Origin: Lytechinus pictus
Lineage: Eukaryota
Assembly: GCF_037042905.1 (NCBI RefSeq)
Contig: NC_087245.1
Span: 17,610,001-17,674,000 of the forward strand
DNA length: 64,000 nucleotides
Direction of reading: 5' to 3'
Shown piece by piece: positions 46,978 through 60,800 of this stretch; position 1 is the first letter of the stretch, and each line of letters starts with the position of its first letter. Under the pieces are notes generated by a model that was not told the origin of the DNA, did no database searches, and saw nothing but the letters and a program-made list of their open reading frames with translations. The translations under genes were made by a program, and so were the position numbers.

Positions 46978-49900
46978 GGTTAAAGCCCGATAGACCGCGG
47001 GTCCGATAGACCGCGGGTCCGATAGTCCGCGGGTCTGATAGACCGCGGGTCCGATAGACCGTGGGTCCGATAGTCCGCGGGTCCGATAGACCGCGGTTCG
47101 ATAGACTGCGGGTCCAATAGACCGCGGGTCCGATAGTCCGCGGGTCCGATAGACCGCGGGTCCGATAGTGCGCGGTGTGTGTAAAATTATGATCAGGATA
47201 TAGTGAGATCCAATTAAGAGGTCAAAAGGCCAATGATACGAGTCCATGGGGTTCTATAACGATGACCCTAAGGACAATCTACTTCAAGGAAAATATTATC
47301 CCCATATTTTTATCGTCAGGGACTGCTACCCACCCCCCCCCCCGGAAATTTACCCTCTATAGACGCCATACGGAGCCTCTAAAATGCCATCGACTAGACG
47401 ACATGGCTAGATACTTTATCTTGCCATGTCGACTAAATAAGCTTATTATGTCCGCATGGCGCGATACGTTATTCTGCCACTTATAAAAAGTTATATGTCA
47501 ACATGGCGAGATATTTTATCTTACCAAGTCGACTTAAATAAGTTACATGTCAACATAGCGATATATCGGGATTCTCGCCGGGACTTGTACACTTCATATC
47601 TCGCCATGTGGACATATCGACTTGACAAGATAGAATATACCGCTATGTCGAAATAATAAGCGTATTAATTACTTAGGCGGCGGAAGCGGTGGGGGGGGGG
47701 GACCTTTCCCCCCTAAATTTGAGGTGAGGGACGATCCCCCCTAGATTTTTAGTTGAGAACCTTTTTTTGCTTGTCAATTTGTTTTCTACGTCCCCTCCCC
47801 CCCCCCTACATTGAGGTGGACCCCCCTAAAATCTTTTTGCCCCCCCCCTAATTTTGGTTGATAACCTTTTTTTTCTTGTCAAAAAATGTTGGTGGTCCTT
47901 CTTATAAATTTTGGTTGATTTGCTTGTCAAATTTGTTATCTGTGTCCATCCCAAAATTTCAGGTGGACCCCCCTAAATTGTTTTGCCTTCCGCCGCCAAT
48001 GATTGATTAAGACATGGCAAGATAAAGTACCACGCCATGTCGTCACGTTGATGGCATTTTCAAGGATCCGTACTAGGGGTAATTATCCGGGGTAATTGTC
48101 TGGAGGGTAAATTTCCGGGGGGGGGGGGTATCAGTCCCCGGCGGTAAAAATATAAGGATAATATTTTCCTTGAAGTAGTTGTCAGGGGTTGATTGCCCTA
48201 ATTGGGTTATTGTTATAGAACTCAGGCGCGGATCCAGGATTTCGTGGGGAGGGGTAGACGTCAAAGAAAATCTGAGATTTCATTCTTAAAAACAAATTGA
48301 GGTATCTCACAAGGCCTAAATAAATAATGAGAACGCGAAGCGCGATCTTTTTTTTTTTTTTTTTTTAATAGATTTTTCATGTATTATATCCTGAAAGCCT
48401 AAGTCAGGGGCGGACCCAGCTTCCGCCAATAGGTTGAGGGGCCATTTTTTCACCCATATTTTCAAATCATATTATCAAAATTGATTTTTTTTCTTTCTTT
48501 GAAGGGGTTGTCCCAGTGCCGTAATGAGCCAACAATTTCGAGGGGGCTCGATATGGTGTATCGCATAAAATTAATAAGAAGTTGCCAGTGAGCGAAGCGA
48601 GCAATCAAATATGCTGAAATTTTTATCACAAAAATACAAGGTTGTGGTAGATTTTGACATAATATTTGGAAAATAATATTATAATTTATCCTAATTCCTT
48701 TCCTTTTCTCTCTATTTTTTCTCAGTTTTGATTCTGTCTTTTATTTATTTTTTTTTTTGGGGGGGGGGGGGCAAAACGCCCTTTTCCTAACAGTCATTTC
48801 CTAGCTTTACTTTATAAGCAACATAAATGTGTAATAATCTCTTAAGCCCTATGTAATCTAAAAATGAAATTTCATGTATTTTGTCCTGAAAATTGAACAT
48901 TTTGGGCAATGTTTGTGAACCTGAACAGGACGCGTATGTAACTAGATAATTACCACGAGCGCGAAGCGCGAGCAGAAATGTTAAATATTCGTTCTGGCCT
49001 GGTCAAATAGGGTCCTGTTAAGGATGTTTTGCAGTTAGCCATTAAGACGATACATATTTCAACGATTAAATAATGCAAGCGCGAAGCGCGAGCTGAACAT
49101 TTTTTATATTCCAACCTAAAAAGATTAGATTTCAAATCCCCCAATGGGACATTCGATTCATGTTTGTCAATCATGAAAAAGGATGGATAATTTTTGGTAT
49201 CTTCCTGCAATAATAATGCGAGCGCAAAGCGCGAGCAGAAAATTTTTGATATTCTGATTCCAAACTGGATAATTTTAGCACGTTTTGAATAAGATCAAGC
49301 TTTGTATCTCAAAAACATGCGCGCGCGTGTTTTAGAGTTAGACAGAATCCTGGCAATCTGAATACATTTCATTTTTCATCATAAAAATCAATAATGCAAG
49401 CGCAGAGCCCGAGCTGAAAATAATATTTGAAATTCCGATATTAAAAGGGTCAATTTAAGCATTGTTTACAGCACTGTGTATATAGGGAAATTTGATAGCA
49501 CTATATAACTAATGCGAGCGCGAAGCGCGAGCTGATATTTTATTATTTATTTGACCCAGGATCGAGACATTTTAGGCCTAAGGACATTTTGTCATCATGA
49601 AGGATGACTATCTTCTATTTCTTTTCCTAAAACTTATTGATATTTATTTCTGAAAAAGGGACAATTATGAATTCATACAAATTTTATTTCATATTTATTA
49701 ATCTGTTAGGCCTAATGAGTGTGTGAAATTTGTTGACAGTTCATGAGGCCTGAAAACTGGATATTTTAAGTATTTTTGTAATCATGAATAGGATTCATTG
49801 GTTGATATATTTTTAGCAAATAATGCGAGCGCAAATTGCGATCCGGATTTTTTTAATAGAATTAATATATAGGTATACATAACTCACCAATCAAAATGCG

Positions 49901-52476
49901 AGCGCACAGCGCTAGCTCATAGGCCTTTATTATTTTTTTTACAATCGAGACACCTGAAAAGGTATATTTAGAGAATCTTATATGAAATATAAAAAGACAA
50001 TAGGTAGACCTACTTGGCAAATAGTGCGAGCGCACAAAATGTTGCAAATGTTGATTCAAACCATAAAACGGACATTTTCCAGAGCACTTAAAAACATAAA
50101 TTGGTAAATAAAACAAAATAATGAAAGATCGATGTCCGAGCTGAATTATGTTTTGTACATTAATATCCAAACTTGATATTTTAAACTACATATCAGCCTA
50201 TTGAGCAAGATATGTATCTCATCGAACAGGCAATGCGAGCGCGATGCGCGAGCGAAACTTTAATATAGTGACATTGAATATTAAAAACAAATTGTTTTCC
50301 AAGTCTTCTCCTGACCTTATTTTATTCACTCGTCTTCCTCCTTTTATGTTTCGTCTTCTTTTTTCTCCTTTCTTTCCCCCTTTTTTTTTCTTTCCCCGTT
50401 TTTCACAATTTATTTGCTCTGTCAATAGGGGGGAGGTTGCCCTCGGGCGGCCTCGATCCGCCTATGTTAGTAGTTGTTATGATGAACACGATGCATATCT
50501 ATTAAGAAATGAATGCGACCGCGAAGCGCTAGCTGAAAACTTTTATAATGATGAAATGAAAAATACATTTTCAGTTGTCAGGTTAGAATATCAAATATTT
50601 TCAGCTTGTGCTGCTCGTTCGCATAAAAAACTGTAAGGTCGGGATGCGTATATGACTAAACAATTTATTGATGCCAGCGCGAAGCGCGAGCTCAATTTTG
50701 TATATACTGACTTAGGAAGGACTAAGGTATAATTCCTATTCTTGAAGCAGAGGATGCATACCTCATTAATCAATTATTGCGAGCGCGTAGCGCGAGCTGA
50801 ATTTGATAATAACTTTTTTTTGTGACCCTGAACAGGGTATCTATCTCGCTAAACAGACTTAAAACTCGAAAACATTGTTTTTTCTGTGATCGTAAAAACG
50901 GGATATTTTAATTCAGCCGCATTAATTTAAGTTTTTTGGGCAGGACATATATTTTACTATAAACAGGCAATACGAGCAATGTTGCGCCCCCGGTCGAAAA
51001 TTAATTTGCATGAAGCCCTCTAAGTTCAAGGTCAATTTGGCGCCCTCGGTTGAACATAAACTTGGCGCCCCCATGTGAAATATAACTTTGCCCTCCCTCC
51101 CCCTCTCTGAAACATGTATTTGTCGCATTATGGTCAAAATTCAAATTAGCGCTCCCCTAGTTCGAACATCAATTCGGTGCCCCGCTAGATCGAACATCAA
51201 TTCGGCGCCCCATAGTTCGAACGTCATTTTGGCGCCATCAAATCGACGTCCAGGGGAGCGTTTCATTAAAGGACTTGTCGGACGTTTTATCTGACAAGTC
51301 CCCTTTTATCCGACAGTTACCATAGAAACAGTGACTCTCAAAATAAAAATTAAGGAAAGATATCAGATCTGACAATTTGTCGGACAAAAATGTTGATGAA
51401 ACGCTCCCCAGGTCAACATCTCCCTCTTCCGTTTCGCATCTCCCTTTCTTTCTTTTTTCTTTCTCTTATCCTCATTCCCCTTCCTTCCTTTCTCTTTCTT
51501 TCTCTCTTTCGTTCCCCCTCTTCTTTCCCCCCTTTTCTTCTCTTTTCCCCCATCTTTTCTTTCCCCCTTTTCTTCTCTTTTTCTGTCTTTTCTTTCCCTC
51601 TTTTCCTCTCTCTTTTCTCGTTTTTCCTCTCTTCCTCCCTTACTCTCTCTTTTTTTCTTCTCTTTTCCTCTCTTCCTCTCTCTCTCTCTTTTCTTATCTT
51701 TCTTCCCATCTTCCTCTCTCTTTAAATATTATTCTCTTCCTTCCTCTTTTTTTCTTCTTCTTTTCCCCCTTTTCGTTATTCTTTTCTTTTTCTTTCCTTT
51801 CCCCCTTTTTTCTCTTTTAATTTTTTTCTTCTCTCCCTCCCCTTCCTCCCTCTCCCTCTTTCTTCTCTTTCTTTCCCCTCCTCCTCTCTCTCTCTCTCTC
51901 TTTTCTTATCTTTCTTCCCATCTTCCTCTATTTAAAAATTCTTCTCTTCCTTCTTTTTTTTTTCTTCCTTTTCCTCCTTTTCCTTTCTCCTTTCTTTTCT
52001 TCTCTTCTTTTTCCCTCCTCTTTTTTTCCTCTTCTTTCCCCTTTTCTTCTCCCTTTTTTCCTTTGTCTTTCCTTTCCCCTTTTTCTTCTCTTCTTCTCTT
52101 ACTTTCTCCTTCTTACTCTCTCTTCTATTCTCTTCTTTTCCCATCTTCCTCTCTCTTTTTTTATTCTCTCTCTTTTCCCCTCTTCCCCCTCTTTTTTTGA
52201 GCTGGGGTGGGGGGGGGGGGTGAGGCAGTTCCCCCTCCGCCAACCATGGATCCGCACCTGATAGAACCCCATGGCCTCGTATCATTTGACATTTGGACCT
52301 CTCGATGACATTTGATATATCTGATCATAATTTTACACACACTGCGGACTATCGGACCCGCGGTCTATCGGACCCGCGGACTATCGGACCCGCGGTCTAT
52401 AGGACCCGCGGTCTAACGGACCCGCGGTCTATCGGACCCGCGGTCTAACGGACCCGCGGTCTATCGGGATGTCCCC
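46978..52476. mobile_element. TIR element with GG..CC ends, 16-bp subterminal repeats and 8-bp TSD AGAACACG (Merlin- or Mutator-like); partial copy at 1-5465
   Basis: TSD at 46970-46977 and 52477-52484. Arrays of (ccgatagaccgcgggt)n and its reverse complement at both ends. Inverted arms extend several hundred bp inward. Confidence 0.75.
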
Positions 52477-54711
52477 AGAACACGAGCCCTCTCGCCTCTG
52501 TAAAAAATGGCTCCTCGTTGACCGCGCTGTCCTGTCTTTTCGCCTTTTTACGGAAGCTTAAGAGTGCCACCGAGATGACGAGATAATTCATCGTCTTCTC
52601 GACTTTTTTGGTCCGAGAAGGCGAGAAGGCGTGATCCGGCATCTCGTCTTCTAAGCCTTTTTTGGTCCAATAAGGCGAGAAGGTGAAATTCCAAATCACG
52701 TTTTCCCGACTTCTCGGGTACGAGAAGGGGAAAAGGCGACATTTGGAATCTCGTCTTACCGACTTCTCGGGTACGAGAAGGGGAGAAGGCGACATTCCAA
52801 TTCTCGTCTTCCCGACTTCTCGGGTACGAAAAGGGGAGAAGGCGACATTCCGAATATCGTCTTCCCGACTTCTCGGGTACGAGAAAATGAGAAGGCGAGA
52901 TTTGGAATCTCGTCTTCCGACTTCTCGGGTACGAGAAGGTGAGAAGGCGAGATTTGGAATCTCGCTTTCTCATCTGCTCATACCCGAGAAGTCGAGAAGA
53001 CGAGGTTTGGAATCTCGCTTTCTCACCTTCACATACCCGAGAAGTCGAGAAGACGAGATTTGGAATCTCGCTTTCTAATTTCCTCATACCCGAGAAGTCG
53101 AGAAGACGAGGTTTGGAATTTCGCTTTCTCACCTTCACATACCCGAGAAGTCGAGAAGACGATATTTGGAATCTCGCTTTCTCATCTTCACATACCCGAG
53201 AAGTCGAGAAGACGAGATTTAGAATCTCGCTTTCTCATCTTCGCATACCCGAGAAGTGGAGAAGACGAGATTCCAAATGTCGCCTTCTCATCTGCTCATA
53301 CCCGATAAGTCGAGGAGACGAGATTTAGAATCTCGCTTTCTCATCTTCACATACCCGAGAAGTCGGGAAGACGAGATTTGGAATCTCGCTTTATCGCCTT
53401 CTCGTATCCGAGAAGTCGAGAAGACGAGATTTGGAATTTCACCGTCTCGCCTTATAGGACAAAAAAAGGCTGAGAAGACGAGATACCGGATCACGCCTTC
53501 TCGCTTTATCGGACCCAAAAAGTCGAGAAGACGAGGAATTATCTCGTCATCTCGGTGGCACTTTTAAACATCCGTAAATATTGCCTGATTAGATACATAA
53601 TCCCGTTCAAGAGGATTAAATGGAGCCATGCATTTTCAAGTCATACACCAAATATTTTTCCTCGAGCGCTCGCCTGGCCTAATTCGCTTTGTGAATTAGG
53701 ATATCCCTCGCTTCGCTCGGGAAGCAGCCGCCAGGGCCTCGACAAGCATGACAAGAGGCTACGTCAGTGGCTGTTCAGACAGCAGCATCAAATGCAGCAC
53801 CATCAACCGGAAAAATTATACAGTAAAAATTATTTCTACAGGAGCACCTCAAGGCTCAGTCCTTGGGCCGCTGCTATTTACCATCTTTATTAACGATCTA
53901 CCAATACAAGTCGAGACGTTTTCTCATGTACTGTTGTAATGTTTGGTCTAATCGATTTCTAAACAATAACGAAATACTTAATCAACTGCACAAGCGAGCA
54001 GCGTATAGGGCTATTATATCCGGTTTCTCTTGGATGACCCCATCAAAACAGGTATTTTATCAACTTACAACCAGCACAACAAAATGTTGATTTGATTTGA
54101 ATAAAAAGAGAAAAATCCAAAAAGCATAACACTTAAAATTTCATCAGAATCGGTTGTAAAATGAGAAAGTTATGACATTTTAAAGTTTTGCTTAATTTCA
54201 AATTTTCTCCTCATCGTCAAGTGAAATAACGATTAATTCTTCCCTGAACCCGTGGAATTAACATCGTATAGCTGTGCATGGACGTCATTGGACGAAGCGG
54301 GTATTGGACGAAACTGGGTCGACGGACGAACTGACTGACAATTTGGTCGAAATGATTATGTCGGGGCACTGTGGGCAATGGTAATGGACCTGAATCAGCA
54401 AAGCCCCCCCCCCCCCCCCAAAAAAAAAAAAAAAAAAAAAACGAAAGAAGGAAGGAAAGAAAAATGGGCTAAGGTAATCAATTTCAATGGGGTTTTATTG
54501 ACCAAATGTCGTATATTCCCTGGAATCTTTCTGTCATCTGACAGAAGAAAAAAAAAGACACCTTTGTTTCAAGACTCGTGAAATTTACAAACATTTTTAG
54601 GTGTAAGTCATGAATATTCATATATTCCCATGTCCCACTTTTTAAATACATTTTTTAGTTATTTATCTGCATCTTCACTTCGTTATTGCGTTGTTTTAAG
54701 TTATACTAATT

Positions 54712-56669
54712 CATAGGCGGATCCAGGGGGACCAAGGGGCCCAGGCCCTCCCAATTGGCGGAGCAACAAAAAAAGAAAAAAAAAGGAAAGAAAGAAAAAA
54801 GGGAAAAGAGAGGAGAAAAAAGGAGAGGAGGAAGACGAGTGAATGAAAAAAAAGATTAAAATGAGGGGAAGACTTGGAAAATAAAAAGAATATTTCATGT
54901 CACTAGGTCTATATAAAATTTTCGCTCGCGCTTCGCGGTCAAACTGTTAGGTGATTTACATAACTTGTTCAACGTGGAGCTTAAATATCAATTTCACCTC
55001 GGAAATCAAACTTTCATTATTTTGTGTGATTTACAAATTGATTTTTATAAAGTGCTCTGTACAAATATTTTGATTTATCAGGTACTTATTATTTTCGTGT
55101 ATTCCATACAATTTTCAAAATATCCCTTTTCAGGTCTGATTGTCAAAACGTATCAGCTAGCGCTGCTCGATCGCCTTTTGATTGGCGAGTTATGTATGTG
55201 TCAATTTTGATTACGCAACAAACTACTTAAAATCCTTTGTTCATGACTGCATGAATTTCTACTCTTGATTTGCACTCACATTAATTCCGCGCCCTCATTA
55301 TGCATTGATAAATAAGATATCAATTTAATAATTAAATTGTCCCTTTTGTTTCATCTCGCGCTTGGCAAGAGGAATAGAAAGATAGTCATCATTTTTGTAT
55401 GATGACATGTCCTAAGGATGTCCCGGTCCTATGTCAAAACTCAAAATAATAATAATGAAAAATATCAGCTCTTTATTAAGTGCAATCTATATCCACCTCA
55501 CAATTTTCCTACAAAGTGCTTGAAATAATGAGCTGAATTTGACCCTTTTTAGATCGGAATATCAAATATTTTATGCTCGCGCTTCGCGCTCGCTTTGATT
55601 TCCATGATAATATGTACTTTTAGAATGCCTAGATTGTAGGATTAAATCTGAAACAGGCGCGCGTGCATCTGCTCGCGCTTTGTCCTCGCATTATTAATGT
55701 AGGAAGATCCCCTTATTACTCATCCTTTTCATGACAATACATAATAGAGTGTCCCGTTTTTAGGTCTAAATCTCGATTTTTTCCGCTCGCGCTTCGCGCT
55801 CGCATCAATTGTTTAGTTATCACGATTACAAATATTGATTAAAATTTTCCATTCTTTACGTACTAGAAATGTCAAAAATTTTCAGCTCGCGCTCGCATTA
55901 TATTGATTGTTGAAATATTTAACGTCTTCATGGCTAAGTGCTAGCAGTCCTTAACAGGTAGGGCCTACCTTTTCGATCAGTTCAAAACTCTGCTCACGCT
56001 TTGCGCTCGCATTATTAATGTAAGGAAGATCCCCAATTACTCATCCTTTTCATTATTTAAAAAACATGAATAGAGTGTCTCGTTTTTAGGTCTAAATCTC
56101 GAAATTTTCGGCTTGCTCTTCGCCCTCGCATCAATTGTTAAGTTATATACCTGTTCTGTTTAAATTACAAAAAGTGCATAGAATTTCCAATCTTTAGGTA
56201 AAAGTGTCAAAAAATTTCAGCTCGCGCCTGACGCTCGCATTATTTGATTGTTGAAAATTATGTAACGTCTTCATGGCTAACTGCAAGCAGTAGGTAGGGC
56301 GTAGGCCTACCTTTTCGATTAGTTCAAAACGTGTATTAAAAATTTCTGCTCGCGCTTCTCGTTCGTAGTAGAGTTGCATACACATCTTTTTCAGGATAAC
56401 AAACATTGCCTACAATGTCCAAATTTTAGGGAAAAATACATAAAATAAAAAAGATTGCTCGCTTCGCGCTCGCATTATATAAATTATGATTATGATATTA
56501 TATATTTATGTTGATTTATAAGAGTAATGCTAAGAAGCAACTATTAGAACCACCCCTTCAAAGAAACAAACAAAAATCATGTTCGAGCGGCCGATCGGGG
56601 AAAATATGGCTGAAAAAAAATTCCGCCCACCCCCCCCCCCCCTATTGGCGAAGGCTGGATCCGCCCCTG
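54712..56669 (-). mobile_element. Uninterrupted copy of the same hAT-like element
   Basis: cataggcggatcc..ggatccgcccctg flanked by CTAATT. Contains the empty CTCGCG site at 54925-54930. Confidence 0.85.
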
Positions 56670-57466
56670 CTAATTGTCTTGTTATTGTATTTGTATATCA
56701 TAAAAGCCAAGTCCACCCCAGCAATCAAGAAGTGGATTTGGAGAAAATTGAGAAAAATCAAACTACTATCATTATAACGCTGCATCATGAGACGGCTATT
56801 CTGATTGGAGGTTTACTAGGCATTTAATTAATTAAAGTTCTCATCGAGGAAAAGTTTTTCATCACGGTCAAATGTTATTAATGCTTGATCGAGAGCTCGA
56901 TAACTCTCTAAACTATTGTGGTGGCAGCATACTATTTTCAAAAGGTTATTTTGATAGGGTCTCGCATTACAATAGAGACGGGCACATTACCTCAATAGGC
57001 AAATCCTTGTTGGGCCTATTTAAAGCGACACATTTTGCAAATTGCATGTCTTTTCTCTAAACAACCTCTAAATGTAAACTGAAACTAATCAAACTAATTA
57101 CTCTGTCAGAGTTGTATAAAGGGCTTATCCCATTCATCAAAATCTACGGCAATTTTTTTTTTCGCTTAAATCTGTATGCCAGAGTGCACATAATAATGAC
57201 TCTAATCCTCGGTAAACTTGAGCAAAAGTTGCCATAATTAAGCGAACCTTTTAAATAAAATTCACAATTATCGATTATACCATCACGACAACTTGATACT
57301 TTATATATAATGTATACCAATTTGATGAGCATCAATAGCAAAGGCCAGATATTGCAGAATAAATATAATATTCATGAACTTCTTTGTGATAGCTAATTAT
57401 GTCCTTCATACAAACGTCCTTGGCTCGATGGCGTTATTCTCCCATGCAGCGAATGGGAGGCCTCGG

Positions 57467-57473
57467 TATAAAA
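57467..57473 (+). promoter_or_regulatory. Candidate TATA box of copy C
   Basis: TATAAAA at the position paralogous to 17374. Confidence 0.45.
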
Positions 57474-57605
57474 TGTTGATATCATTACTGTAACAACGGC
57501 ACATTCAGATGAACAAATTCTTAATTCTGAGAGAGGAACTATACCTCTTTCACATTTCACGAAACTATTTGAAGATTTCCTTCTGCTGCTCTCAGGACTC
57601 GGTGC

Positions 57606-57867
57606 ATGAAAAAAACATCAGTAATCATGGTAAGCTCATACTTTCTATTATTATTATTATTACTATTATCATTATTACTATTATCATTATCGCAGATTTC
57701 ACACCCGTCATGATTTATCATGGACATAATTACGGTTTCATGATGTTTACTTTTACTTCTTAGGCCAATTTTCCATTTCCTTTCTTGGTCAATTAAAAAA
57801 AAATGAACTAAAATAGTTGCCTGTTATGTACATGTTGCACTCCTGTATTTGTCCCCCCCCCCCCTCA

Positions 57868-57898
<31 letters not shown>

Positions 57899-60800
57899 CT
57901 CTCTCCCTCCTTGAACAGTCTTGAAAACAAGTCCTTATTCTTTTTTAATGTTCGATTTATTTAGGGAAAATTGATTTTGTATTCAGTTACGTCCATCACA
58001 ATCGTCATGGAATTCTTAATTGATATCTCTTTCTGCTTCTTTCAGTCTGTCGTATGCTCATCACAGAGTTTGCCTATTTTCCTGTTCCTCATTGCAGTGA
58101 GTTTCGTTCATGGTGGTAAGTTTGAATTTGATATTTTGACCCTTTTTTATTTGTATTGATTATCATGATTACAAACAAAACATCTCATAATTACTGTAGA
58201 CAAAAAGAAAAACAACAGAAAAAATAACTAAAATAATAATCAGAATAACAATATCAATAAGAATATAAAGTGACCCGGTTTTTAATCATACACTTCTTAT
58301 AATATTTTTGCGATACATAAATCGCGGTATAATCTGTGAAGAGAATGTAATGTTGGATTGTAACATAGCCAATCCTTACTATCTTTTCAACAGTAAAGTA
58401 AATTGTGGAGAAAACACTCGGAATGATCACGAATGTTTTATAGATCCCGTGATCCCACTTTTATTTTTTGTAACTTCCAGTTTAGTTCATACTTCAGTAC
58501 TTTACATATTTAAAATAAATATTAGGGGAAACGCATAAACGATCAAAATTACCGTCTTGTCGATTTTTTTTTACAATACAGTTGCTGAATTAAAAGAGCT
58601 TTGCGACCCAGACCCTGTATTATGTAAGAACATCACTCTATCTGGAGGGAGATCGATTCAACTCATTCCAAGATTAGCATCACCATCAAACGATCCTGAA
58701 CCAGTTCTGGTAAAACTCCCATCTTGGCGCCATTTTGTCTGTGTTTTACCGAAAAGAAATGGTGAGTGCATAAAAACGATCTTCTACAGATATTTTAGAC
58801 ATAATAGGCCTATGTCCCCTTATATCATAAGATTTCGCAAAAATATTTTCTAGGCTATTTGGATTACTGTTGCTCATTTCACCTTTCTTTAGATGGGTAT
58901 TATGACCGGTTCCCTCGAGCCATTTGGCGCATCTACCTCCCGGATCTTCCTGTTCCTATAATATGCTAAAGAGATACTGTAACCGGCGTGTGGTCTATCG
59001 TGTTTAAATATTTCTGGAGGAGCTGCATCTGTTACAGGTGCTCTTCGAATTGTTATTTTTGTGTGACATTGTAGAGTTTTGCTTCTGACCAAATTGCTTT
59101 GTTGCACCAAATATGCAAAAGTCTATACATGTTATTCATTGGCAGCGGAACGGTTTTGAAAGGGGGTGGGGCTGAACATACATAAAATCGCAATCATGGT
59201 CATTTTTGCGTTTTTGTACAAAGTTTTAGGAAAAGTGGGGCTGAAGCCCCTAGCACCCCCCCCCCCCCCCCCCCCGTTCAGTGAGCCATGTTAATATGTA
59301 AATGTGGAAGGGTCTGGTTATTTACAGACTTCATTATTAAAGGAGAATGAAACTCTTGGAGCAAGTTAGCTTTTGTGAAAGCAGAAAAATCAAAGAATAA
59401 GATCAACAAAACTTTGAGTAAAATAGGACTAGCAATAAAAGGGTTATGAGCATTTGAATGTCGAGATCACTAATGCTATGGAGATCCTCCCATTGGCAAT
59501 GCGACCAAGATCTGTGATGTCACACACGTACAACTCTCCCATTCGGACACTGAAAATATACCCCAAAACATCTCTTTTTGCTCATTCTAATCATATGACA
59601 AACGATTCATCAATGATATAATGTTGTAAAACCTCTGTACTTGTCATCTCATAAAGAAAACACCTAACCTTGTGATAGACTCTATAAAAGTGAGAATATA
59701 AGTGAAATAAGTACTAAAGTAATGTGGGAGTTGTACGTGTGTGATATCACAGATCTTGGTCGCATTGCCGATGGGAGGATCTACATGGCACTAGTGATCT
59801 CAATATTCAAATGCTCATAACTTTCTTATTATTCATTCAATCTTCCTCAAACTTTTAACAATATGTTTCTTTGATTTTTCTCTTTGATATGGATTCAGCT
59901 AGTTTCAAGGGTTTCATTCTCCTTTAACTTGTCCCCTTGTTTGTCCTTCATTTCGGATCGTGCTTTCCTACTATCTTTTGCAAAGAGCGATTTTGTACGA
60001 TTCGTATTGACTGCATCCTATGCAGTCTGCTTCCTTTTCTTGAACCATGGACCGTGTTTATCAGTGTTTCGTAAATATCTTATCGAGAATAGTACTTCTA
60101 TACAATGTGCCTTTACACTATCTTCTATAGGCCGGCCAGACCGGATTCGTTAATGTTTTTGTTCTCTTCCATCATCATGATCATGTGTCCATGTTTCTAC
60201 TACAGGAAGTTCTGTCCCAACACAATCACCATCCGTAAATAGTTTTTTAATTAGCATTATTATATCGTCTTTGTATTATTATGTCAATATCGTAGAGAAT
60301 CCTACGGATACATCACCACCACTAGAAACTCTCGATGGAGGAAGTTCGACAACCTCGCCAGAAATTTCATCCAGTGGATCAACTGAAGCTTCGTCAGAAC
60401 AAGCAATGTCAGGCTCAGTAACTACTCCATCAGAACCTACGACCAATGGTAAAACAAGCCCCCAGCCCCCCTTCTCGGTTCCGTGCCCATAATAATCTGT
60501 AAAAGCTCCATGGTTAAAGTGATAGGGTCTGATAATACTTCCATAATGATTTTCCTCGTTTGTCCTTTATGTCGGATCATGCATTCCTCCTAACCTTTTT
60601 GCAGTTAGGTATCGCGATTTTGTACGATTCTTATTGACCCAATCCTGTGCAGTCTTCTTCCTTTTCTTGAACCATGGATCATGTTTTTCATTGTTCCTTT
60701 AATGTCTCATCGAGAATAGTACTGCTATCAATGTTTCTTCTAGACCAGACCGGTTTTGCTAATGTTTTTGCTCTCTTCCATTCATCTATGATCTTCCATG

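Larger units (their letters stand above)
46083..53576. mobile_element. 7.5-kb composite non-autonomous DNA transposon, TACGG..CCGTA ends, 6-bp TSD AATATT (IS3EU-like)
   Basis: TIR tacggaagcttaaaagtgccaccgagatgacgagataattcctcgtcttctcgac matches the reverse complement ending at 53576. AATATT at 46077-46082 and 53577-53582. Empty paralogous site gct-catatt-gtctg at 28713-28718. Confidence 0.85.
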
